The notes beneath the pieces were generated by a model. That model did no database searches. It saw only the letters and a program-made list of their open reading frames with translations, and had not been told where the DNA came from. A stretch of 64,000 nucleotides of DNA, taken from the NCBI GenBank assembly GCA_963710605.1, contig CAVQBA010000006.1, positions 320,001-384,000 of the forward strand, in the 5' to 3' direction. The translations under genes were made by a program, and so were the position numbers. Origin of the DNA: an uncultured cyanobacterium (GTDB lineage Bacteria; Cyanobacteriota; Cyanobacteriia; Cyanobacteriales; Cyanobacteriaceae). Positions 21,293 to 31,119 of this stretch are shown here, piece by piece. Each line of letters starts with the position of its first letter. Within the stretch, counting starts at the first letter, position 1.

Positions 21293-23179
21293 ATGAATGA
21301 TTTAGTTTTTTTTTGTTTATTATCTTTAGGTAGTTTAATTGCTATTTATTTGTTTTGGTTTGTTTGTCAGTTTAATGGTAAAACTATTCTTTATTATCTT
21401 GGTAGTTTTAATCGGCATATTCCAACTGAAAATTTTTTATTAACAAATACTAAAAATAATCATCAAGATTCAGTAACTATTTATTTAATAGGCATAATGC
21501 CTGTCGCAGTCTTAAGCATTCTTACCGCAAGATTCGATCGATGTTTTAATAGTTTATTCGCTACCTTGGTTTTTGAATTTGTTGTTTTTATTCTCTTTTT
21601 ATTTATCCCTTCAGTAATTAAAAAGCAAGCCTATTTTTTCGGTATTCAAACTATTAAAAATAATTTAAACGTAGTGTTTTATGCCAGTTTATGGTGTTTG
21701 TCATTTGCTTTGTGGGCAACTATTAGTCATCAGCAACCTTTAGATTATATGATTTCTAACACTAATCCTGATATGTGGGCTTATGTTAGACGTTTTGGGG
21801 CAATGACTACTGATAATCTATTTTTTTATCGTGGTTTTGATAGTTTTACTTTTGAAAATAATTCGGCTTGTGCTTATTTGTTAGGTAGTCCGAAAAAGTT
21901 TAGTTCTTTTTTAGGCTCTATAATAGTCTATATTTTTGGTGGCTCATCAATCGGTATTGGTGTGTTTCAAGGAACATTAGGAGGTATTTTATTTCTTTGT
22001 TTATTTAAAGAATGGTTTACCATCAAATTAACAACTAAAAATGGGTTTTCTGGCGGAAAATTCTTATTAATAACTTGGGCTTTATCTTCTCCTTCAATTT
22101 ATTGGTTAATGATTAGTGCTTATTTTTCTAATGCTTTATTTGTCATCATGGTTTGTTTGGCTTTAAGGCAAGGAAGAAATGTTGCTATTAATTGTCAAGT
22201 TGATTCAGTTACCAATTTATTTTGTTTTGCTTCACTTTTAATTATTGTTTTTGCTTTTTATCCTGCTTTTTTACCTGTAATTATTTTTGTTTATTCGATC
22301 GTTATCTTAGTTTATCTACCGAGTAATTGTTGGCAATTATCCAAACTTAGCCAAATTATTGGTAAATTTTTTGCCGTAATATTTATTTGTGGTTTAGTAT
22401 TTTATTTTATTTTTCCTACCCAATTAGGTTTAGAAGAAGTCCAAAAAAGCTTGAATGTTTTAACCGCCCATGGCTCGAATTTTGTCCCGCTTAATCCTTG
22501 GAGTTTGTTACAAGAAAAACCAAAACCAATGGCATTACAAAGAGATTTTGGTTGGTATTTTAATATTGTAATCAGTTTACCAATTAGTATATTTATCGGC
22601 TGGAAACTATGGCAAAAATATCAACGTTGTGATGGTTATTTAGCTCGTCGTGACCTGTTAGCGGGGATCGTTGGGGTGGGGATTTATCTGGGTTATTTAC
22701 TCGCTTATATTCCCCTAGAACATAGTTACCGCTTAATGAAAATAGTAATTTCACTTGTGTATCCGATCGCTATTTTTGGCGTTTTACCTTTTATTATGTG
22801 GAGTAAAAATAAACTTGAAGGGAAATCGAATCTTGTGAAGCAAATATTTTTAGTATTAGCGATCGCTCATGTTATATTTCATATTCATAAAGTATTTGAC
22901 CTCAATCCATATCCGACGGGTAACTTCACCATAACCAATCCTGAAAAACTAAAGTATGTGCAAAATATTACCCTTGTAGCTTGCCCTGAAGTTCATGTTA
23001 GTCAGTTTTATGAAAGATTAGTTGGTTTAAAAATTGCCCGACTTTATCCTAATTTACAAGTAAATGTGATTAAATTTCCTGAAGATATAGAACAAATTAC
23101 TAACCCTGAAACGATCGTTTATGGTGAAACGAGGATTGAAAATAAAACTGAACAAAAAACCTGTCATTTTTCTTTTTAA
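21293..23179 (+). CDS. Large multi-pass membrane protein, unknown function
   Basis: 628-aa ORF with more than 10 hydrophobic segments. Confidence 0.75.
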   Translation: MNDLVFFCLLSLGSLIAIYLFWFVCQFNGKTILYYLGSFNRHIPTENFLLTNTKNNHQDSVTIYLIGIMPVAVLSILTARFDRCFNSLFATLVFEFVVFILFLFIPSVIKKQAYFFGIQTIKNNLNVVFYASLWCLSFALWATISHQQPLDYMISNTNPDMWAYVRRFGAMTTDNLFFYRGFDSFTFENNSACAYLLGSPKKFSSFLGSIIVYIFGGSSIGIGVFQGTLGGILFLCLFKEWFTIKLTTKNGFSGGKFLLITWALSSPSIYWLMISAYFSNALFVIMVCLALRQGRNVAINCQVDSVTNLFCFASLLIIVFAFYPAFLPVIIFVYSIVILVYLPSNCWQLSKLSQIIGKFFAVIFICGLVFYFIFPTQLGLEEVQKSLNVLTAHGSNFVPLNPWSLLQEKPKPMALQRDFGWYFNIVISLPISIFIGWKLWQKYQRCDGYLARRDLLAGIVGVGIYLGYLLAYIPLEHSYRLMKIVISLVYPIAIFGVLPFIMWSKNKLEGKSNLVKQIFLVLAIAHVIFHIHKVFDLNPYPTGNFTITNPEKLKYVQNITLVACPEVHVSQFYERLVGLKIARLYPNLQVNVIKFPEDIEQITNPETIVYGETRIENKTEQKTCHFSF

Positions 23180-23295
23180 AAAAATAAATAAATAATTAAT
23201 TATTAATTAGTATCTCAATGATTAGAAAGCGATAATTTACTGGTAAAATGTGATGTGGAATTATTAAAAGTGGGGAGATAAAAAAAGGGAATTTT

Positions 23296-24669
23296 ATGAA
23301 AATATTATTTGTGGCGGCAGAAGCAACACCGATTGCTAAAGTAGGAGGAATGGGTGATGTGGTTGGTGCATTACCTAAAGTCTTAAAAAAACTAGGTCAT
23401 GATGTCCGAATTATTTTGCCTTATTATGGCTATCTCCCGCAAATATTAGACATCTCTTATTATCCTGTTTGGGGAGGAGATACCATGGGGCAACACTTTG
23501 AAATATTTGAAAGTAAATTACCCGATACCGATATCCCTTTGTATTTATTCGGTCATTATTCTTTTGCAGGAGATAGTATCTATGGAGGGCATGACGAATA
23601 TTGGCGATTTACTTTATTTTCTAAAGCCGCCGCTGAATTAGCTTGGAATTATTGGAAACCTGACGTGATTCATTGTCATGACTGGCATACAGGAATGATA
23701 CCCGTTTGGATGCAACATACACCCGATATTCATACTATTTTCACTATACATAATCTATCTTATCAAGGGCCATCTCGTCACGATTTACAACATATGACTT
23801 GGTGTCCAGATTATATGTGGGGCGAGAATGTGATGGCGGCGGCTTTGTATTCGGCTGATGTTGTTAATGCGGTTTCTCCTAATTATGCGATCGAAATTAA
23901 AACACCAGAATATGGTGAACACCTCAATCATGTTTTGTGTGATATTGATTATAAACTTAGGGGAATTGTTAATGGGATTGATGTGGAAAAATATAATCCC
24001 GATACAGATAAATTTATTGAAGTAAATTTTGATCATGAGACTTTAGACAATAGAATCAAGAATAAGTTACGCTTACAAGAAGAATCGGGTTTACAAGTAA
24101 ATCAAAATAAATTTCTCTTGGGAATGGTAAGCCGTTTAGTTGAACAAAAAGGGATTGATTTATTATTAAAAGTAATGGATCGTTTTTTACAACATACAGA
24201 TGCTCAAATTCTTATTTTAGGTACAGGCGATCGTTTTTATGAGTCTAAGTTATGGGAAATCTCCACTCGTCATCGAGGACGTGTTTCAATCCAGATAGTA
24301 CATAATGAAGCTATTTCTCGTCAAGTTTATAGTGGTATTGATGCTTTTTTAATGCCCTCTCGTTTTGAGCCTTGTGGTATTAGTCAGTTGTTAGCGATGC
24401 GTTATGGTGCAATTCCGATCGTGCGTGAAACAGGTGGTTTAATTGATACAGTCGCCTTTTTTGACCCTAATAATAAATCTGGTACGGGTTATCGCTTTAA
24501 ACGTTATGATGCTTTAGATTTCTATACTTGCATGATTCGTGCTTATGAAGGTTATCGTTTTCATGAGTCATGGCAACAGCTACAAATTCGTGCCATGACT
24601 CAAGATTTTAGTTGGCACAAATCAGCTTTAGAATATATCCAAATGTATGAAGACGCAGTCAACAGTTGA
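23296..24669 (+). CDS. glgA: Glycogen synthase
   Basis: KVGGMGDV, HCHDWHT, TIHNL, SRLVEQKG and PSRFEPCG motifs. Confidence 0.96.
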   Translation: MKILFVAAEATPIAKVGGMGDVVGALPKVLKKLGHDVRIILPYYGYLPQILDISYYPVWGGDTMGQHFEIFESKLPDTDIPLYLFGHYSFAGDSIYGGHDEYWRFTLFSKAAAELAWNYWKPDVIHCHDWHTGMIPVWMQHTPDIHTIFTIHNLSYQGPSRHDLQHMTWCPDYMWGENVMAAALYSADVVNAVSPNYAIEIKTPEYGEHLNHVLCDIDYKLRGIVNGIDVEKYNPDTDKFIEVNFDHETLDNRIKNKLRLQEESGLQVNQNKFLLGMVSRLVEQKGIDLLLKVMDRFLQHTDAQILILGTGDRFYESKLWEISTRHRGRVSIQIVHNEAISRQVYSGIDAFLMPSRFEPCGISQLLAMRYGAIPIVRETGGLIDTVAFFDPNNKSGTGYRFKRYDALDFYTCMIRAYEGYRFHESWQQLQIRAMTQDFSWHKSALEYIQMYEDAVNS

Positions 24670-24714
24670 GAATCATTAAACTACAACAATGAATCTCTGT
24701 AATATATGTATAGA

Positions 24715-24839
24715 AAAGTTCCCCTCCTTCTGTAAGGAGGGGTTAGGGGTGGTTTCTTGTCCTAACCATATTGTTGTCTGCTATATATAATATTACAAAA
24801 AAAGTTCCCCTCTTTTATTTGGAGGGGTTAGGGGTGGTT
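24715..24839. repeat. Two tandem copies of a palindromic dispersed repeat (AAAGTTCCCCTC...GGAGGGGTTAGGGGTGGTT)
   Basis: Copies at 24715-24754 and 24801-24839 between convergent genes; a split reverse copy lies at about 2847-3109. Confidence 0.8.
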
Positions 24840-24890
24840 GAAACCTTGATAAGTTTCTCTCTCAATATTGTTTATTTTTAATCGTGAAAA

Positions 24891-26397
24891 CTAACTTCCT
24901 AAGACAAATAAAGTAAATAACGTGCCTGTATTCCACAATCCATGTACCAAAATCGAAGCAAGTAAACTACGAGAGCGAGTATAGACAATACCGAGTATGA
25001 TACCAAGAGTAGCTAAAGGAAGAGTTTCGGCTAAACTAAGATGAGCGATCGCAAATACTAAACCACTGACTATAATCGCACCACTCACAGGCAAATAACG
25101 AGTCAGAGAAGGAAGCAAAAAACCTCTAAATAGAATTTCTTCAAATATCGGTGCGGCAATAGAAGCCGTTACAAACAATATAGCAATAGCAATCTTATCT
25201 TGAGACTGTAATGTCAATAACAATAATGGATTACTACCACCTTTACCTTGCCAGATTTGTTGATTCAAAAACGATACCAAAAAAACGATCGGAATAGCAG
25301 TTAAATAACCTCCAATCCCCCATAGATACCAATTTTTGTTAGTAAATTTAAACCAGTTTTCAGGTAAAGGAAAATATTGCTTGATAGATAAATAAAGTAC
25401 AGTTAATCCGCCGCTTGCCATCAAGATATAAGTAAATAAGACATATAATGCTTTGCCTCTAACACTCAAACTAATCGGATTAAAACCACTTGCACCGATT
25501 ATGATTGGTAAAACTACTTGAGAGAGGAAAAAGAAACCAACAACCAAAACTTGCCAAATAATTTCTCCATCCCAAGGAGACTGCCATAATTTACCTGCAT
25601 TAGTAGCTAAAATAGATTCTTGTCTTTTTAGTAATAACTGCACTAGTAAAAAGATAATTAAACCAACACCAATGATACCGCCTACAACAGGGATAAAACT
25701 TAAGGATAATAATTGATAAATTGCTGTTTGGGCTGACTCTTGCTTGGTTAGTACAATTTGTTCTAATTTGACTCGATCGTCATTAATCTGATAAATTTTT
25801 TCAAGAGTAACATTTCTAAACCAACCTTCAAATTGATTATTAATAGTTTGCTTCTGTATTTAGACTAGTAACTTGATTGTTAATCCAAATATTATTTAAT
25901 ATCGAAGTCAAATTATTATTATCACTAACATCTCGCCAAACTACTTGTGCCGAATCTAATTTGTTTTGATATGCGTCGATGATTCCTAATTTAATTTTTA
26001 AATCATTACTTACATTTTGATTTTGTCTAATATTTTGCTTTAATAATTTGCGAGGTGTTTGAGGAGTATTACCAACTACCTCTATCTCTTCTGATGACTG
26101 AGTTTTTAAATCAGTTAAAGAATTCTCGACTAAATCTAAAGTTTTTTGATATTGTTTTTCAGCAGTTTCGTAGGGATTCGCTCCTGCTAAACTTGTACTA
26201 AGACTACTTAAATTATTATCTGATTCACTACTAGTATCATTATTTGCTAATTCAGCACTATTAAGAATAAGGTTAGTTTGATACAATTCTAGCTGAGCTT
26301 GAACTTGTGGTTCACCTAAACTTTGAGTAAGGGCGAAAACTACGCTCAATAACGAGACTACCGTCATGATGGCTAAAACAACTCGTTTTAAATTCAT
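24891..26397 (-). pseudogene. CPBP/CAAX-family intramembrane metalloprotease split by a frameshift near 25850
   Basis: First ORF ends ...TEANY*; the shifted frame reads TINNQFEGWFRNVTLEKIYQ... without stops into 25643-24891, which carries EE..FRG, FA.AH and H..WN. Confidence 0.8.
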
Positions 26398-26495
26398 AAA
26401 TTTTTTTTTTAATATATTTAATTAAGACTTGATTTAAATTAATTACTAGGATTAAAGAATCAAAATTGCGAACGGGCAAGTAAACAGTAATATTA

Positions 26496-27302
26496 TTAAT
26501 TAATTATCTGAACAATTTCTTTAGCTAACTGAGTATGTAGTTGATGACTAGCTTTGTAAGCTAAATAATGCCCTATAGGTATTTTACCTAATAAACTTAA
26601 ATCACCAATCAAATCTAATAGTTTATGTCTAACGGCTTCATTCTCAAATCGTAGAGGAGGATTTACCCAACCATTTTTATCGCAAACCAAGGCATTGTCT
26701 AAGCTACCACCTTTTATTAATCCTGCTTTTTTGAGTTGTTCAATTTGATCAGCAAAACCAAATGTACGAGCAGGGGCGATCGCATCTAGAAACTTTTCTC
26801 GTTCAGGATACCAACTATACCATTGATTTTGCAAGACAGGGTAAGGAAAATCAATCCCATAACTAAACTTCATTTCATCTGCTGGTAAAAAGGCACAAAA
26901 AGCATCATCTTTTCTTACCCAAATAGGCTCACTCAGAATCAATGGAGAATCGGCAAAAGGATTATGACACTCCAAATTCAAACTCTGTGCCCATATCTTA
27001 GCCGAACCATCTAATAAAGGTATTTCTGAGCCATCCACCTCAATTTTGGCATCGTGTATCCCACTCCCACACAAAGCCGCTAACAGATGCTCTACTGTTC
27101 TTATAGTAGCTTCATTGTTACTTAATTGGGTCGATAATGTGGTACTTTTAACTGAATCTATCGTTGCTTTTATAATCGGATTATCAGGCAAATCGACTCT
27201 GACAAAATAACGTCCTTTTCCTTTAGCTTCAGGAGAAATAGTTACATTTGTCTGCTCCCCAGAATGAAGTCCAATTCCTGATAATGTTAATGGTTTAAAC
27301 AT
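26496..27302 (-). CDS. lpxC: UDP-3-O-acyl-N-acetylglucosamine deacetylase
   Basis: [24 protein letters not shown] and [11 protein letters not shown] motifs. Confidence 0.96.
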   Translation of the reverse strand: MFKPLTLSGIGLHSGEQTNVTISPEAKGKGRYFVRVDLPDNPIIKATIDSVKSTTLSTQLSNNEATIRTVEHLLAALCGSGIHDAKIEVDGSEIPLLDGSAKIWAQSLNLECHNPFADSPLILSEPIWVRKDDAFCAFLPADEMKFSYGIDFPYPVLQNQWYSWYPEREKFLDAIAPARTFGFADQIEQLKKAGLIKGGSLDNALVCDKNGWVNPPLRFENEAVRHKLLDLIGDLSLLGKIPIGHYLAYKASHQLHTQLAKEIVQIIN

Positions 27303-27347
27303 TAATTAATCTTAAAAAATAGTAATTACTACTCATGGTAAACAAAA

Positions 27348-28487
27348 TTAAGCCGCTTTAGGTAAAGAACCATTCTGGCTAGATAGTACCCCTTGATAAT
27401 AATTCGTTAATTGAAGTGTAGCTGAACTCCAGCCCCATTTTTCGGCTTCTAAACGAGCATTTTGCCTTAATAGCTCTCTTTCGTCTTGTTGAGCTAATAA
27501 ACGTTGGGTAGCATCAATCGCTCCATTTTCTTCATCAGGATTAAACATATAACCATTAACGCCCTCAGTGACAATATCAGGAATACCACCACGATTAGCC
27601 GCAATTACAGGGCATCCTGCCGCCATAGCTTCGAGTAACACTAAACCCAAAGTTTCAGTCGAAGAAGGAAAAACAAACGCATCTGCACAAGCATAAGCCG
27701 AAGCTAATTCTTCACCATGAAGATAACCAACAAAATTTGTATTTGTATCTGTAAAATAACGTTCTAAATCCTCTTTAGCTGAACCATTACCAACTATTGC
27801 TAGTCTAGCATTAGGGATACTTTCTAATACAGGTTTGATTTTATCAATTTCTTTTTCAGCAGATACTCTACCTACATAAAGTAACAAAGGTGCTTCAGGA
27901 TGCCCCTCAGATAAACGAGTACGCATTTGCTCAGATTTTGTTCGAGGATGAAAAGTATCTGTATCTACTCCCTTTTGCCATAAATGCACATTTTCAATTC
28001 CATGAGTAACTAATTCATCAACCATTGCATTAGAAGTACATAAATTTAACTGTGCTTGATTGTGAGCGAGTTTTAATGCTTCCCATAATAATCCTTCTAA
28101 CGCACCTAAATTGTAGTGATGTAAATATTGTGGTAAATGAGTATGGTATGAAGCAACAAGAGGTAAATTAAGTTTTTTAGCGTAATAAATACCACCTAAA
28201 CCTAAAACAGCAGGATTAACTACATGTACTAAATCTGGTTTGAATCTTTGTAAAGAAAAACGAATTGAAGGATTAGGAATTGCTAGTTTTAATTCTGGAT
28301 ATAAAGGTAAGGGAATACCCTTAATCCCGTTAATTTTTGCTCCTTTATACTCTTTTAAGCCACCTTCAGGAGAAAAAACTAAAACTTCATTTCCTTGTTT
28401 TTGTAAATGTTCGACGGTATGTTTTAAGCGAGTAACGATACCATCAACTTTAGGTAAAAACGTTTCAGTAAATAGAGCAATACGCAT
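27348..28487 (-). CDS. sqdX: Sulfoquinovosyldiacylglycerol synthase (GT4)
   Basis: MRIALFTETFLPKVDGIVTRL, SYHTHLP, VGRVSAEK and ETLGLVLLEAMA motifs. Confidence 0.9.
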   Translation of the reverse strand: MRIALFTETFLPKVDGIVTRLKHTVEHLQKQGNEVLVFSPEGGLKEYKGAKINGIKGIPLPLYPELKLAIPNPSIRFSLQRFKPDLVHVVNPAVLGLGGIYYAKKLNLPLVASYHTHLPQYLHHYNLGALEGLLWEALKLAHNQAQLNLCTSNAMVDELVTHGIENVHLWQKGVDTDTFHPRTKSEQMRTRLSEGHPEAPLLLYVGRVSAEKEIDKIKPVLESIPNARLAIVGNGSAKEDLERYFTDTNTNFVGYLHGEELASAYACADAFVFPSSTETLGLVLLEAMAAGCPVIAANRGGIPDIVTEGVNGYMFNPDEENGAIDATQRLLAQQDERELLRQNARLEAEKWGWSSATLQLTNYYQGVLSSQNGSLPKAA

Positions 28488-28681
28488 AAATTCAAAAAAT
28501 AAGGATTAATTTTCTGATTACAAACACAGAATGTAATTTTTTATAGTAACAACTATATCATTACTGGTACTAATTACTTTATTTTCTTCTTTATTTATAT
28601 TTTTTTATTTAATTGTTTTTTAATTGACTATCTCTTTTTTAAAGTCAACTTAAACTAAGCTTAAACTCTCGGTTTTTAATC

Positions 28682-29277
28682 TAGCAATTATGGTCTTTTC
28701 TTAAGTAAAAAGTAAGTCTAATTTGATGATTAATATTTGAAACTAATTATTGTCTCATCCGTAATAAGTTTAGCTAAATCAGCAATATCCTTCTCTTGCA
28801 TTCTTACTACACCATGAGATTCATTTGCTGGTATGATACTCGACTTGAGTTATACCATAAAAACCAATGTAGTTATGAGTATTAACGGCAAAACCAATTA
28901 AAGGTTGCGATAAAGATTCAATATCTATTTGAGTCATCTTAAACTCGCTGTGAGAAACTTGCCAAACATCGCACTCCTACTGTAATGATAGTAAAACTAG
29001 CAACTAATTTATTATCTTTATATACATCTAATTTACTTTGAGCTAAATCCAAGATAACACGAGAGCTAACTATGTTTTCATTGACTATAGGTAAATAAGT
29101 ACCAGAATTATTAACTGATGGTATTGAAGGGGTTTCCATCTGCCAAATTTTTTGGTTTAAATCTAATACTGGTGAAGCGGAAACATTAGGTATATTTAAA
29201 CAAAAAGTAGATAAAACGATCGTTGAGAAAAAATTACTTTTGTTTAACAAAAAAGAAAGCAACTTCACAAATTTCAT
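28682..29277 (-). pseudogene. Degenerate L,D-transpeptidase (YkuD-like) pseudogene
   Basis: ORF 29277-28939 has a signal peptide and RVILDL...LDVY; downstream frames give IGFAVNTHNYIGFYGIT and ESHGVVRMQEKDIADL, versus family IGFHGT and SHGCVRM. Confidence 0.65.
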
Positions 29278-29485
29278 GATAATTAATTAATTTGACAAAC
29301 AAGGGCAAAAAAATAAATAATAACTGAAGAATTACTAACCAATTTAATCATAGTTAAACAAGCTATATTCTTTCAACATAGTCTTTGTTTAAATATAATT
29401 TTTTTTAATTAGTCAGCAAATCTACAAACTATTATTAAAATGTAATTTTCACAAATTACTTAATTGGTATAATGACCAATTATTA

Positions 29486-30391
29486 TTACCATAAACCTCT
29501 TACAGGTTGGCTTTGGTTTTGCATCATCATATCATCATCATCGTCATCCATATCCATACTATTACTATTATTCATTTGACTAGTAGTATTCATCTGAGTA
29601 GTACTATCGTTATCACTATATTTTTCGACTCTAGTACTATCTAGATCATCACGATCGGATATACTACGGGTGTCAGTTCTACTAGTATTCATCTGAGTGG
29701 TACTATTATCGCTCTCATCACTATATTTTTCGACTCTAGTACTATCTAGATCATCACGATCGGATATACTACGGGTGTCAGTTCTACTAGTATTCATCTG
29801 AGTGGTACTATTATCGTTATCACCATATTTTTCGACTCTAGTACTATCTAAATCATTAGGGTCGGATACACTGCTAGTGCTAGTACTCATATTAGAAGTT
29901 CTATTCATAGAAGAAGTTTCAGTGTCACTTCCTGCTGGGTCATATACAGTAGTATCAATTTTATCGTTATCAACATCCATTCTATTCATAGATGCAGTTG
30001 AAGTACCCATTTCTCCCATCAACATTTTACTGCGTTGTGCAGTAGTATCCTTATTTAAAACAGACATCCAGTCAGATTTATCGCTACTTACTAGGTGATA
30101 TTTACCATTTGAATCTATACCTACTAGTACTCTTGTCCCAGCTTTAATATATCCATCGGTTTCAAATGAACGGCCATCTTCAACACTAATTAACATAACT
30201 TCGCGACTTTTATTAGCCACTGTTCCTAAAAGATAGTTTGTCATTTTCATTTCAGAATTAGACATATCACCTGCAAGAATTGTCCTTGAATTATCTTGTA
30301 ATAATTCTGAAGCGTTCGCCGATAAATTGGTACCTACTGCACCAAAACAAAATCCTAAACTTAGAAGTGCGATTGAATATACCTTTTTCAT
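29486..30391 (-). CDS. Secreted low-complexity protein with ~35-aa tandem repeats, ending PVRGLW
   Basis: Signal peptide (..NLSANA); three DLDSTRVEKY(S/G)D..STTQMNT repeats; D/S/T/N/M-rich. Confidence 0.85.
   Translation of the reverse strand: MKKVYSIALLSLGFCFGAVGTNLSANASELLQDNSRTILAGDMSNSEMKMTNYLLGTVANKSREVMLISVEDGRSFETDGYIKAGTRVLVGIDSNGKYHLVSSDKSDWMSVLNKDTTAQRSKMLMGEMGTSTASMNRMDVDNDKIDTTVYDPAGSDTETSSMNRTSNMSTSTSSVSDPNDLDSTRVEKYGDNDNSTTQMNTSRTDTRSISDRDDLDSTRVEKYSDESDNSTTQMNTSRTDTRSISDRDDLDSTRVEKYSDNDSTTQMNTTSQMNNSNSMDMDDDDDDMMMQNQSQPVRGLW
29580..29870. repeat. Intragenic tandem repeat, ~100-105-nt unit, about 3 copies
   Basis: Near-identical blocks ...tatttttcgactctagtactatctagatcatcacgatcggatatactacgggtgtcagttctactagtattcatctgagt... 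Confidence 0.9.
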
Positions 30392-31119
30392 ATTTGAGTA
30401 TTAACCTTTTTTTTATATGTACAATCACAATCTTATAAGTGTTTTTACAATTTGTAATGTACTTATTGGACTATATCTAAAGACATAGATTGTAACGATT
30501 TCGTAATAATTATTATTGACTATTAATTAGGTATCAATTATTTTGTTTTTTTGTATTATTAACTACAATTTATCGGGTGAAAGTTTGATTAATAAATAAT
30601 CTTATCAATAAATACTTAAAAAATAATTAAAAAGAGTTAACATAACTGAGTGAGTCGATCGTGAATTGTCTATTCGTTTTAATTAAAATTGAGACAGTCT
30701 TAATAACAGTAAAAATGTGAGCTTCAACCCCTCCTTGGGTATAGATTGCAAGGCTAATAGAATCCGTTTAATAAATTAAACTCAAATTTTAGCTTCAAAA
30801 TTGTCTCACTATTATTTGAAATGACTATATATTAATTCGCAAAGTTAATTCTCACTCACGATCGATTTTTAAACATTTAGTAAACAGAACAAGATAATGG
30901 AAAATAAAGTAATAAACGTAAATAGTTTTAATTTTTTTAGTCCTTTAGTAACTGCTATCAAATTAGGATTTTCAATACATAATTCAGTAATTTTCAACAA
31001 AAGCCCCAAAAAAAATATTTTAAGTACTTATTCTAACTAGCATATAAATAAGAGCTTCTTCTATTTGAAAAAAGAGACTTTTACTATCGACTAAAATCAG
31101 CGTTATTTACCACTTGAGT

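Noticed and set aside
29580..29870. Tandem repeats as a CRISPR array or a graspetide (microviridin-like) precursor for the ATP-grasp enzyme
   Set aside because: Repeats are in-frame coding units without spacers; EKYSD does not match TxKYPSD; the protein has a Sec signal peptide and lies about 22 kb from the ATP-grasp gene
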